In this document: one piece after another, positions 1-10,990 of the stretch
Numbering within the stretch: position 1 is the stretch's first letter
Layout of the letters: each line of letters begins with the position of its first letter
Assembly (NCBI GenBank): GCA_043812495.1
Contig: JBDRMG010000018.1
Span: 7,651-71,650, forward strand
Reading direction: 5' to 3'
Length of the DNA stretch: 64,000 bases
DNA from: Candidatus Omnitrophota bacterium
Lineage (GTDB): Bacteria; Omnitrophota; Gorgyraeia; Zapsychrales; JBDRMG01
Translations under genes and position numbers: made by a program
Notes under the pieces: generated by a model
The model's database searches: none
What the model saw: the letters and a program-made list of their open reading frames with translations, nothing else
What the model was told of the DNA's origin: nothing

Positions 1-154
1 ACTCATTGCTCATCTTTCTTAACAAAATCTGCTTTATTGGCTTTTTCAATATTAAAGGAACTGTGGAAGCCAATATTAGGTCTTTTTTCTCATATAAAGA
101 GAATATTAATGACTGTTCCATATAATAAGGAAAAGACCCATAGAGCGCCACGAC

Positions 155-1204
155 TTAATTATTCTCCCGGTCCAATTCGTTCCAATATTCGATTTTATCT
201 TGGCCGGCATTATAAACACATCGAATCACTTTTAAAGAATCATCCCGATACAACTTGGCTGAACTCGTAATGGAATAATAGGACGCTTGCCCGCCCAGCA
301 ATCCTAGGACCTCCGGAACGATGCGTAATTCCTCCGGATCAATCAGTGAGTTTTCCAGCATGTAAAGAAATAACTGGCTGCCGTTTGTGAAAACAAGATC
401 ATCTTCGGTGGCTTCAATTCCATCCGATCCTCGTCGTACCGCTAGGATTCTCTGAATCATAGCTTCCTCCAGGCCGAGGGCCGCTAAAACAACTCCGGAA
501 GCCGTGTTGATATTAATTTGCCCATTTCCGTAAACGGTTAGATATTTTGAAAGTCGATCGTAAATATTTCGGTTGATGCCTTTCACGAGCAGAAGCTCAT
601 CTAAGACTTCGAACTGATTATTTTTGATGAGATAAGGAAACTCAAGGTTACTGTAAAATTCATCGGAATAGAAGCCAACCATTTCGCTTTCGTTGACTTC
701 ACGCCAGTCAACAATCGACAAAGCTAATTTTGATGCCTTAGCCTCATCGACACCCAAGACCTTCTTAATCAACTCTTTCAAAAGAGAGGCGTTCGCCGTG
801 TTGATATTGATCTTGCGCTCCTCGTCCAAGACTCCAAAATAATCATCATTCTTCTTAACCGTTTCAACATCAAAAGTAATTTTGCAGAATCCCTCCTTCA
901 AATCGATTTGACGAAAAGCCCGAGGATTATTGTGGCGCAGCTGCTTGCCGAACGCTGTATACTCAGGGCCATTTACAGAGAACTCCTGCTGGATAAGAGC
1001 GACGGCTTTTTTGACACCGGAAGCGGCTATGAGGTTCAGTTGATCGCGCCGTTCAAGCGTCGATAGCAGCATAATTTTCTGCCTGACGATTGAACCCAGC
1101 GTTAGAGCAAAAAGTGAAAGAAGCCCCAAGCTCCACAAGGCCAGAATAAGGATCGTTGCGTTTTTCTTCTTAATGAGCAAGCGGTCAAGATGTTTCATGG
1201 TCAA
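155..1204 (-). CDS. gspK: Type II secretion minor pseudopilin GspK
   Basis: N-terminal hydrophobic pilin-like helix (ATILILALWSLGLLSLFA); DEERKININTA and GQININTAS motifs; IVDWR and ELLLVKGI helix-hairpin segments typical of GspK. Confidence 0.9.
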   Translation of the reverse strand: MTMKHLDRLLIKKKNATILILALWSLGLLSLFALTLGSIVRQKIMLLSTLERRDQLNLIAASGVKKAVALIQQEFSVNGPEYTAFGKQLRHNNPRAFRQIDLKEGFCKITFDVETVKKNDDYFGVLDEERKININTANASLLKELIKKVLGVDEAKASKLALSIVDWREVNESEMVGFYSDEFYSNLEFPYLIKNNQFEVLDELLLVKGINRNIYDRLSKYLTVYGNGQININTASGVVLAALGLEEAMIQRILAVRRGSDGIEATEDDLVFTNGSQLFLYMLENSLIDPEELRIVPEVLGLLGGQASYYSITSSAKLYRDDSLKVIRCVYNAGQDKIEYWNELDRENN

Positions 1205-1809
1205 CTTCCGACTGGAATAGATATCAGTTTTGTCATTTTCTTTGGCTGCTTGCCTGAAAACTCAATTTCAATCTTAATCAGCGATGGGACAATTCCCTCT
1301 GCGACCTCTTTCTCAACAAAACCTTTGGATGTTTCATAAAAGTACGTGCATGTCAAACCCCGAACATCGTTCACCAAAACACGCGATCCTTGATAGCCTT
1401 GATCCAACGCCTGGCTATAATTGGCTTGCCGCCGAAGGATTTGATGTTTGAGCGCATCATAAAAGTATTCCACCCGACCGATTTCATCGACAAACTCCTC
1501 ATCCCCATACCCCTTGGCCTTATCCCCCTTGGTCATGACAGATGCGGCAAAGGAGATGCGATCTTTTTCGGCATCAAAGCGCAGGGAGGACATGTTCATG
1601 GTTTTACGCAAATCACCGCTTATTTTATCGAAGAAAATCAGAACATCTTCTTCCTCGATAAAGCGCATCCCCCGATCCCAAATTTTGAGGCCGCTCGATA
1701 ACGCCTGATATAAAGCCAATCCGACAACGGCCATCATCGATGCCGCCAAAAGGGCCTCGACAACGGTAAATCCTTTTTTCTTTCTTTTTCTTAGCAAGCT
1801 GTATAACAT
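1201..1809 (-). CDS. Minor pseudopilin, GspJ-like
   Basis: Class III signal KKKG|FTVVE; located between gspI-like and gspK genes; 4-bp overlap with gspK. Confidence 0.8.
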   Translation of the reverse strand: MLYSLLRKRKKKGFTVVEALLAASMMAVVGLALYQALSSGLKIWDRGMRFIEEEDVLIFFDKISGDLRKTMNMSSLRFDAEKDRISFAASVMTKGDKAKGYGDEEFVDEIGRVEYFYDALKHQILRRQANYSQALDQGYQGSRVLVNDVRGLTCTYFYETSKGFVEKEVAEGIVPSLIKIEIEFSGKQPKKMTKLISIPVGS

Positions 1810-1855
1810 GTCTGCCTTATCCTAGGAGCATCACCCGCGAGAAACATATCATTGC

Positions 1856-2272
1856 TTAGTTTTTTTGACGTGAGTCATGTTTTCCTATATAGGTCGTGCG
1901 CGAAATACGGATATCGCGCCCTCTCTCTTGCCAGAAAAGAGCAATATCCAATTGATAGACATTATTTAAATTCTCAACACTGCGAACATCCGTCTGAGTA
2001 CGAAAATCAACTGGCCGCTGATCGAATAGAACGCGATCGACAGGCTGCTGCATCTGCAGCGGAATATCTCCTTTTTCTTCAAAAACTTTCTGCATAAACG
2101 CAATACGATTATCGATCAAGGCCAGAGCGTATAGTCGATGAGTTAAGTGATTCATCGCATCCAGAGAAACAAAAAAGGCTTTATACAAAAGCACGAGGCC
2201 AAAAGACAAAATCGCCATCGTCACCATCACCTCGACAAATGTTACGCCGCATTGATTATTTTTTTTGATCAT
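1856..2272 (-). CDS. Minor pseudopilin, GspI/PilV-like
   Basis: Class III signal QCG|VTFVE; start moved to ATG at 2272 (MIKKNNQ), just after the gspG stop. Confidence 0.75.
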   Translation of the reverse strand: MIKKNNQCGVTFVEVMVTMAILSFGLVLLYKAFFVSLDAMNHLTHRLYALALIDNRIAFMQKVFEEKGDIPLQMQQPVDRVLFDQRPVDFRTQTDVRSVENLNNVYQLDIALFWQERGRDIRISRTTYIGKHDSRQKN

Positions 2273-2282
2273 GCGAAAATTC

Positions 2283-2732
2283 CTAGAGGGCCCAATTGGT
2301 AATGTCGTCCTCTTCGTTCGATTCATTCTTTCCTTTTGAATAGAGGTCATAATCGGCTCTGTTTTCTCCCGGCGAAAGATACTGGTAAGGACGACCCCAC
2401 GGATCAATAGGTTTGCGTTCGATATAGGGACCGTTCCAGTTTGGCGGAAGTGGACTTGTCGTAGGTTTCTTCAATAGAGCGTCCAGGCCCTGGCTGGTGT
2501 TCGGAAAATTTCCGTTATCCAGTTCGTAGAGTTTGAGCGCTGTTGATAAGTGCGCGTCAATATCCGCCTTGGCCGCCACCCGTTTGGCTTGTTCCGAGCG
2601 ACCCGTCAGGCGAGGGATGATCATAGCGGATAACGCGCCGATAATAATCACAACGAGCATGATTTCAATTAACGTAAAACCTCTTGTCGTATTTTTGCTG
2701 GTCCTTCGTTGATTGTTGTTTCGTGATTCCAT
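2283..2732 (-). CDS. gspG: Major pseudopilin GspG
   Basis: RG|FTLIEIMLVV signal; LYELDNG, WNGPYI and DPWGRPYQY motifs; GGAGG RBS before ATG at 2732. Confidence 0.93.
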   Translation of the reverse strand: MESRNNNQRRTSKNTTRGFTLIEIMLVVIIIGALSAMIIPRLTGRSEQAKRVAAKADIDAHLSTALKLYELDNGNFPNTSQGLDALLKKPTTSPLPPNWNGPYIERKPIDPWGRPYQYLSPGENRADYDLYSKGKNESNEEDDITNWAL

Positions 2733-2746
2733 CAATAAACCTCCGT

Positions 2747-3556
2747 TCATCGAGACGTTGCTCTTAACCACTTTTCCTCTAAGTCTTTTCTCGAGCTGAT
2801 CGAATAGGTGTAGGCACTGCGCAAGGCCTCATCCATATCCTTTCCTTCCTTAAGATTCCAGCACAAGCGTTCAAACGCGCTGCTTCCGTATGTTCGTATC
2901 AAAAAATCGATGATAGATAAACTTTGGGCATAAAATATCCGGACGATGTCCGCGTTGTTCTGTTGATAAATCTGCATTTGGAACAATGTATCAAAAGGAA
3001 TATGCTGATTCTTTTGCGCTAAAGGCTTCATGATCAATTCACCGAGTCTCTTTCGATCTTTTTCATAGAGTTGCGCAATGCCCTCATCGAACCAAACAGG
3101 AAGCGGTCGATCAAACCCGATAAAATCACGTAAAATCAGATGGCTGATTTCATGCGGCAATAAGCCGTCTAAGAATCCATGCTCCTGGCGATAGGTGACA
3201 ATGATGCGCGATCCGAAAAGCTGAGAATGATGATTGGCGTATCCACGGGACCAAAGAGGCTGTTGCGTATTGTTAACAAACGTTTCTTGATTCGGAAAGA
3301 TAATGATTTTGGCCCGATCGTTCCATGTCCAGAAGTTGGAATAGCGCGTATACCCGATTTGTGCCGCAATCTTGTCGTAGTAGCTTTCGGCTTTACGCAG
3401 AACCCGCCGGGCGGCTGACGTATCTTCTTTAAAATTATAGTAAACGATAAAGTGTTTATCCTTCAGATGCAGCCAGGGTTCGGCGTAAGCCAAGTGCGTC
3501 ATGAGAAAGATCTGAAAAACAATATAAAGATTTATAGCTATTTTGCGGCTGATCAT
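2747..3556 (-). CDS. Exported zinc metallopeptidase (peptidase MA-like, gluzincin)
   Basis: Signal peptide ending AYA; HEISH followed by PVWFDEGIA; paralog of 44273..45055. Confidence 0.8.
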   Translation of the reverse strand: MISRKIAINLYIVFQIFLMTHLAYAEPWLHLKDKHFIVYYNFKEDTSAARRVLRKAESYYDKIAAQIGYTRYSNFWTWNDRAKIIIFPNQETFVNNTQQPLWSRGYANHHSQLFGSRIIVTYRQEHGFLDGLLPHEISHLILRDFIGFDRPLPVWFDEGIAQLYEKDRKRLGELIMKPLAQKNQHIPFDTLFQMQIYQQNNADIVRIFYAQSLSIIDFLIRTYGSSAFERLCWNLKEGKDMDEALRSAYTYSISSRKDLEEKWLRATSR

Positions 3557-3575
3557 AAATCACTTCGCAGGCCTT

Positions 3576-4784
3576 TTATTGGGCTAAAATATCCATTTGG
3601 AATATGGGAAGCAGCATGGCAATCACCATAAAACCAACGACAGAGCCCACAATGAGAATCATGACGGGTTCCAGCAAGGCGGTCACGGTCCTGATCTTCT
3701 CGTTGGCTTCCTGCTCATAGGAGTCAGCGACATCTCCAAGCGACTCTTCCAGGGATCCTGATTCCTCTCCGATTTTAATCATATCGCAAACCAAGACCGG
3801 GAAAAGATCTGTTTTTCTTAAGCTCTCCCCTAGCGATAATCCTTTCTCCAAATCTTCGCGACAAGGCAGGAGGCCTTCCTGAATAAATCCGTTATTTAAA
3901 GTCGGAATAGAAATGGTCAGGGCCCTCACTAGAGGAACGCCGCTTTTGATCAATAATTCTAATGTCCGTGAAAAGCGCACAATTTCGCTTTTGGAAATGA
4001 TATCACCCAAGAGGGGCAAGCGAAGTTTCAGCCGGCTCAACAAAACGCGCCCGCTTTTGGATTTTGCCCACCTGGAAACCGAAACAAGACCCACGATGAG
4101 GACGACCGAAATAACGGGCCACCCGCGGCGAATCAAGTTGCTGAGATTAATTAATATTTGCGTTGCCAAGGGAAGCTGTTGCTGCATGCTCGCAAATATA
4201 TTTGTGAGCCGGGGCATAACAAACGTCAGAATAAAGATAACGGTCGCACAACCGACGATCGCCATAAACGCGGGATAGGCTATGGCCGCACGGACTTTAC
4301 CGGAAATTTCTTCCTGCTTCTGAAGGTACTCAGAAATGCGAAGCAGCATCTCCCTGAGATTGCCCCCTTCCTCACCGGCTCTGATCATGGCGATGTAAAG
4401 GCCGGAAAAAATATTGGGATAGATGGCCAGGCATTGGGAAAAATTCTCTCCATCCTTAACGCGGCTAACGACAGACTGAATCACACCTTGAAAATAGACA
4501 TTGTGGGTTTGATTCGCCAATAAACTCAAGGCGCGCAAAAGCGGAATACCGGCCTTAAGCAGATTAGCCAGTTGCCGACTAAAAAGATAAATCTCCCTCG
4601 GGCGAACTCGTTGCGGCCTTCCAAAGCTTTTTCGTGCTGACGTTTTTGAGCACTCTTCAACGGAAATAGGAATTAATCCTAAGCGATGAACGATGTCAAT
4701 GGCTTCCTCTTGGTGGCGTGCCTCGAGCGTTCCGGCAACCGTCTCGGTGGCTCCTTTTTTGGCCTTGTAACGATATGTGGGCAT
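3576..4784 (-). CDS. gspF: T2SS/T4P inner-membrane platform protein GspF/PilC
   Basis: MPTYRYKA start; FSRQLANLLKAGIPL, AGEEGGNL, GEESGSL and LLEPVMIL motifs. Confidence 0.93.
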   Translation of the reverse strand: MPTYRYKAKKGATETVAGTLEARHQEEAIDIVHRLGLIPISVEECSKTSARKSFGRPQRVRPREIYLFSRQLANLLKAGIPLLRALSLLANQTHNVYFQGVIQSVVSRVKDGENFSQCLAIYPNIFSGLYIAMIRAGEEGGNLREMLLRISEYLQKQEEISGKVRAAIAYPAFMAIVGCATVIFILTFVMPRLTNIFASMQQQLPLATQILINLSNLIRRGWPVISVVLIVGLVSVSRWAKSKSGRVLLSRLKLRLPLLGDIISKSEIVRFSRTLELLIKSGVPLVRALTISIPTLNNGFIQEGLLPCREDLEKGLSLGESLRKTDLFPVLVCDMIKIGEESGSLEESLGDVADSYEQEANEKIRTVTALLEPVMILIVGSVVGFMVIAMLLPIFQMDILAQ

Positions 4785-4807
4785 AAGATTGATTCCTCTC
4801 GTAATGC

Positions 4808-7030
4808 CTACGGACTGATTCGTGCGTTGACAAAATCTTTGATATGCGCGCGATCAGCGCTCGATATATCAAGAAAATAGACCGCGATACTGTACATATT
4901 CGAGAGAACGTCCTCCTCGACGCGGCAAACCTTGGCCAAGCAATCAATGCTTGGCTGATCAGACTTAAAATGTATTTTTAACTCCAGAATCGAACCGGCA
5001 GCAATCGAGTAACTCGACGTAAAGAGCAATCCGCCAGCGCTAATGTTTTTTGTCTGCGAGGAATGCTCGATCTCCCCTCGTTTGATCTTTAAATCTTGAG
5101 AATCCGTGGATTCCTCTTCAAAGACCCTGTAGCGAATCTTAACTTTTTCTTTGATCCGCGAATAAGCGCGCTGATCATATTCCTTTCTGGCTTGAGTCAT
5201 GACATTCTTGGAAATGGTGCGAAATTCTCCTATGGCTTCATCGGAAACGGAATGCCCCTTGCCCTCCGGACCCAAGGCCTCCTTGTTTTTGCCTGGCTCT
5301 CCTTTTTTCGGACCATAGTCTTCTTTGCTTGTGACATTGAGAATTTCCATAGGTGTCGTGATCCCCTCGACAACCTTTTGCCAACCGTTTTGCCGCAGCG
5401 TCATCATGCCTTCCTGCATCGCTAAGTGCTTAATATAGTTGGTCCGCGGTTTTTCTAAGATGGCCGCGCGAATCTTTTCGGTGACGATCAGGACTTCATG
5501 GATAGCTGTCCGGCCGTAAAAACCCGTATGGTTACATCGGTCGCATCCCTTGCCGGAATAGAATTTAATATCTTCGATTTTTAATCCCAGAGCTTCGGAA
5601 ATCTCTTTTTTGACTTCAAGAAACGGACTCATCACTTGATTTTTGCAATAGGGGCAAATCAACCGAACTAAACGCTGGGCCACAAAGGCCTCAACGCTTG
5701 AAGCCACCAAATACGGCTCAAGTCCCATATCGATGAGCCTGGTCACGCCGCTAGCCGCGTCATTGGTGTGCAGCGTCGAGAAAACCAAGTGGCCGGTCAA
5801 GGCGGTACGAATCGCGATTTCCGCGGTCTCGATGTCCCTCACCTCTCCGACCATGATAATATCGGGATCGTGTCTTAAAATGCTTCGCAGGCCCCGGGCA
5901 AAATCAAGATCCACCTTGGCATTCACTTGGATTTGCGTCACCCCTTCCATCTCATATTCAATAGGATCCTCGATCGTGATGATTTTGCGCTCCAGGGAGT
6001 TGATTTCATGAAGACAGGCATAGAGCGTTGTTGTCTTACCGCTTCCGGTCGGACCTGTGACAAAAATAATCCCGTGCGGTTTCTTGATGAGTTCGCGAAA
6101 TTTTTTGACATTCTCCTGATCTAATCCTAATTTCTCAAGGCTCAGAAGCATAACTTTTGACGGCAGGATGCGTAACACCATACTCTCGCCCGACGGTGTC
6201 GGCATGGTCGATACGCGCAAGTCCAGGGTCTGATCTTTTGTCTTGACGACGGCGCTTCCATCCTGCGGCAGTCGCTTCTCGACAATGCTCAAATTGGACA
6301 TGATTTTGATGCGCGAAAGAATGGACGGCAAGAAATGCCTGATATCCGCCGGCAGGTTGGCATCGACCAAAACACCGTCGATGCGATAGCGGAACCTCAG
6401 CTTGTTGCGATAGGGTTCGATATGGATATCCGTCGCTCGTTTTTTGTACGCCTCAAGGATGATTTGGTTAACGAGCTTAATGACAGAGGCGTCTTCGGAT
6501 TTTTTCTCCACGTCTTCGATGGCTTGCCGATCCATATCTTGCGGAGTTCTTCTCGCGGGTTCTTTAGTCAGAATCCTCTCAATGGTATCCGAAGCCAAAC
6601 CGTAATATTTCTTAAGCATCTCAACGATATCGGATTCCTTAGCAAGAACCATTTTAGGCTGAAACCCCAGGTTCACCCTAATTTCATCCTGAATCTTGAC
6701 ATCCAGAGGCAAGGCTACCGCGCATGTTAAAAACTTCTCTTCAACTTTGATCGGCATAAAACGATAATACCAGGCAAACCGGACAGGGACTTTTTGAACA
6801 ATGTCCTGATCCATATCGGCTTTTCGGAGATCGATCGTGTCAATCTGAAAGTGTGCGGCACAGACTTTGAGAATTTGGTCTTCGCTCACCAAGCCTTGCG
6901 CGACAATATGCGTAGAACAGGACTCGCCGGACAGCTGAACCTCGCGCAAAGACTTTGCGGCCTGCTCCGGAGTCAGAAGATTTTCTCGGACTAAAATTTC
7001 CAATAATGTTTTCTCGATTTGCTTAATCAT
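4808..7030 (-). CDS. gspE: T2SS/T4P assembly ATPase GspE/PilB with C-terminal PilZ domain
   Basis: ATDIHIEP; Walker A GPTGSGKTT; TIEDPIE; LRHDPDIIMVGEVRD; TGHLVFSTLH; CPYC/CDRC zinc site; C-terminal RAYSR...NISAGG PilZ motifs. Confidence 0.92.
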   Translation of the reverse strand: MIKQIEKTLLEILVRENLLTPEQAAKSLREVQLSGESCSTHIVAQGLVSEDQILKVCAAHFQIDTIDLRKADMDQDIVQKVPVRFAWYYRFMPIKVEEKFLTCAVALPLDVKIQDEIRVNLGFQPKMVLAKESDIVEMLKKYYGLASDTIERILTKEPARRTPQDMDRQAIEDVEKKSEDASVIKLVNQIILEAYKKRATDIHIEPYRNKLRFRYRIDGVLVDANLPADIRHFLPSILSRIKIMSNLSIVEKRLPQDGSAVVKTKDQTLDLRVSTMPTPSGESMVLRILPSKVMLLSLEKLGLDQENVKKFRELIKKPHGIIFVTGPTGSGKTTTLYACLHEINSLERKIITIEDPIEYEMEGVTQIQVNAKVDLDFARGLRSILRHDPDIIMVGEVRDIETAEIAIRTALTGHLVFSTLHTNDAASGVTRLIDMGLEPYLVASSVEAFVAQRLVRLICPYCKNQVMSPFLEVKKEISEALGLKIEDIKFYSGKGCDRCNHTGFYGRTAIHEVLIVTEKIRAAILEKPRTNYIKHLAMQEGMMTLRQNGWQKVVEGITTPMEILNVTSKEDYGPKKGEPGKNKEALGPEGKGHSVSDEAIGEFRTISKNVMTQARKEYDQRAYSRIKEKVKIRYRVFEEESTDSQDLKIKRGEIEHSSQTKNISAGGLLFTSSYSIAAGSILELKIHFKSDQPSIDCLAKVCRVEEDVLSNMYSIAVYFLDISSADRAHIKDFVNARISP

Positions 7031-7037
7031 AAGTCGA

Positions 7038-7171
7038 AATATTATAATTTAATTTGTTTAATCCACCGATTCCGCCAATGGGACATTGACGGAATCGGTG
7101 TCAATTCGGCATTATGACTTATGTCGTCCGCCACTGAATCAATGGCGGACTCCATAAGTCATGGCCTCATT
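7038..7171. repeat. Modular palindromic intergenic element, copy A
   Basis: Left end AATATTATAATT, right end TAAGTCATGGCCTCATT, internal hairpins; ends shared with five other copies in the window. Confidence 0.8.
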
Positions 7172-7194
7172 GAGATGGAGCGCATGGTGATTGA

Positions 7195-8751
<1,557 letters not shown>

Positions 8752-8754
8752 TTA

Positions 8755-9606
8755 TTATCTCTTCGTCATCATTCTCGCTGTAAAGACTTCGCGCATACTT
8801 TTGTCAATATCGCCTTTTTTGGCCTTGCCAAAAGACATCTGAACACCTTTTTTTTGCTTCTGCATTTTCTGCAAGCTCGATTCTAATTGCTGAGACTGGG
8901 CCGCCGCTTCCGAGATGGCCGTATCATGCAGCATTTCGTAAATACGGCAGACAATCCACATATCGGCCAAGTAACCGATAATATCAACGGGATCAGACTC
9001 TTCAATCACCTTCTCGATGGTCTCCACAAAATCGGCTTGTTTGGTTAAGAGTTCCTCACAAGGAAGCAATTTGACAACGCGAGGTTTTTGTATCATAAAG
9101 TTCTTTGACCAGGGATAGACAACATTCGCTCGGCCGATTTTTCCGGTCATGATTTGTTCGATCAAATGATCCTTGATGTGGATGGCCGTCTCATAGAGCC
9201 CCGTTTCTTCAATATCTTCAAAAACCTTCATCTCGACACCCGGCCTTGCCATCTTAACGGCTCCTTTGCGCCCACAGGCAATCAAGAAAGAGTCTTTGTA
9301 TTTGCTTTGTTCGCTTAAGGCCGCACGGATAACGCGGCTATTCAGATCACCCATAAAGCCCGCTTCCGACGTGATCACCACGATTCCTGTAGCCGGATTG
9401 TCATTGGACACAAGCGGGTGCCTGACCCTTGAAAGACTGATCATGCGGAAAAATTCGACAAAAGACTCCCCAAAACGGGCAAAACGATCTTTTCGGTTGG
9501 CCAGCGTATGAAATTTATTGTCCGCAACGTCTTTAAGAACCTGGATGATTTGAAGCAACTCGATAATATCATCCAGATCGCCTTTAATTTTATTGGCTTT
9601 TCCCAT
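8755..9606 (-). CDS. atpG: Divergent F1-ATPase gamma subunit
   Basis: 283 aa; terminal coiled-coil helices; VVITSEAGFMGDLN matches the gamma TSDRGLCG motif region; adjacent to beta. Confidence 0.75.
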   Translation of the reverse strand: MGKANKIKGDLDDIIELLQIIQVLKDVADNKFHTLANRKDRFARFGESFVEFFRMISLSRVRHPLVSNDNPATGIVVITSEAGFMGDLNSRVIRAALSEQSKYKDSFLIACGRKGAVKMARPGVEMKVFEDIEETGLYETAIHIKDHLIEQIMTGKIGRANVVYPWSKNFMIQKPRVVKLLPCEELLTKQADFVETIEKVIEESDPVDIIGYLADMWIVCRIYEMLHDTAISEAAAQSQQLESSLQKMQKQKKGVQMSFGKAKKGDIDKSMREVFTARMMTKR

Positions 9607-9621
9607 ACAGCAATCCTTTGA

Positions 9622-10365
9622 TCAAGCGCCTTCGGCTCCTTCTTTTAAACTGACAGAAGTTTCCGTAATCAGATTCTGCAAACTTGCGTCCAAGGCCAAA
9701 CTGCCAAACCGTAAGACCACTCCTCCGATCACCTGAGGATCGACAGTCGTTTTGATATCGATGGTGCGCCCTAATTTCTCTTTAATAATATCGGAAATCT
9801 TTTTCTTGATATCTTCGGGCAAAGTACTTGCAACAATGATTTCCGCTGTTTCGATGTCTTTGCCGATTTGTGTCATGTCCACTTTTGTAAGACTCGCGAT
9901 AAACTCATCGGACAGTTGTTGATTGAGCAGGCCTCTGGCTTTCTCGCTTAAGACCTTCGAAAGTAAATCACCGGCATAGGTAATCATTTTGAGCTCAACT
10001 TCTTTTTTGACCTCAGAGCGCATCTGATCTTTTGTTCTCTGAGCCTTGGCGATGATCTCCTCGCTTTCGAACCTGGCTTTCTTGACAATTTCATCCCGTT
10101 CGGCCTTGGCTTTTTTATCAGCTTTTTCCAGCATCTTTTTGGTCAGTTCATCGGCCTCTTTCTTTCTTTTCTCAAGTTCCTCATTGGCGGCCTTGATCTT
10201 CTGGTCCAATTCTGTTTGCTTGGCCCTGGCTTCTTCCGTTTCGCGGTTAAGCCGTTTGACCGCTCCTTCTGTTTGCGAAACAAAAACATTTCGTAAAGTA
10301 AAAATAATGACACCCACCGCGACGACTTGCAGGAGCATAAATTTAAAGATCCACATCCAGGTCAT
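9622..10365 (-). CDS. Peripheral-stalk subunit b fused to delta C-terminal domain
   Basis: N-terminal TM helix; long E/K/A coiled coil; C-terminal VDPQVIGGVVLRFGSLALDASL delta/OSCP C-domain motif. Confidence 0.8.
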   Translation of the reverse strand: MTWMWIFKFMLLQVVAVGVIIFTLRNVFVSQTEGAVKRLNRETEEARAKQTELDQKIKAANEELEKRKKEADELTKKMLEKADKKAKAERDEIVKKARFESEEIIAKAQRTKDQMRSEVKKEVELKMITYAGDLLSKVLSEKARGLLNQQLSDEFIASLTKVDMTQIGKDIETAEIIVASTLPEDIKKKISDIIKEKLGRTIDIKTTVDPQVIGGVVLRFGSLALDASLQNLITETSVSLKEGAEGA

Positions 10366-10468
10366 AGTTTGTTGCCTCCCAAATTTAGAATAATCATAAT
10401 AACGTTCATGGCAGAAATTATTTCCATTGTAATCATTTCTTAATCATTGCGTTTCGGCGAGAATATGA

Positions 10469-10713
10469 TCACTCGCCAAAACTCGACATCACATGGTAAA
10501 ACGTCAATAACATAGTGACTGAAACACCCTCCACCGCGATGAGCTGAAGCAGAATGCTCATCTGAATAGCCGGTGTTTTACTCGGAAAAAGAGAGATAGC
10601 TGCTTAATCATGCGATAACCGATCCAGGCAATAGACACGCAAGGGACCAGAATCATGAAGGCGATGATGGCAACAAGGACTAATCCTGTTGTTAAGGTCT
10701 CGCTAACAGCCAT
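10469..10713 (-). pseudogene. Second subunit-c paralog with a 2-nt frameshift (absent from ORF track)
   Basis: Manual translation gives MAVSETLTTGLVLVAIIAFMILVPCVSIAWIGYRMIKQLSLF, then in another frame PSKTPAIQMSILLQLIAVEGVSVTMLLTFYHVMSSFGE*. It aligns with the neighbouring c subunit; the shift is in TCTCTCTTTTT at 10586-10596. Confidence 0.8.
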
Positions 10714-10732
10714 AGGAAATACCTTCTATAAA

Positions 10733-10954
10733 TTACCTTCCGAACAATTGAAAGATGATTAAAATAGCCATAATAGATATGGCCTCGACAAAAATAAGCA
10801 AAACCACCATCCCCATGAAGATCTTAGAGGCCGCGGATGGATTACGTCCTAAAGCTTTAATAACGGAATAACCCAAGACAGCAATCACAACAGACGGTCC
10901 CATGACCGCAATAAACATAATCGAAATAATGATAAAGGATTCTGCCCAACGCAT
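10733..10954 (-). CDS. atpE: Divergent Fo subunit c (proteolipid)
   Basis: 73 aa, two TM helices, GRNP loop, conserved acidic residue in FVEAI. Confidence 0.85.
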   Translation of the reverse strand: MRWAESFIIISIMFIAVMGPSVVIAVLGYSVIKALGRNPSAASKIFMGMVVLLIFVEAISIMAILIIFQLFGR

Positions 10955-10990
10955 ATTTTATTGAATTACACTCCTGTCCATGCCAACCAC

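Noticed and set aside
1-151. Start of a gene downstream of gspK
   Set aside because: A minus-strand frame is open to the window edge, but it is too short to identify or to assign a start.
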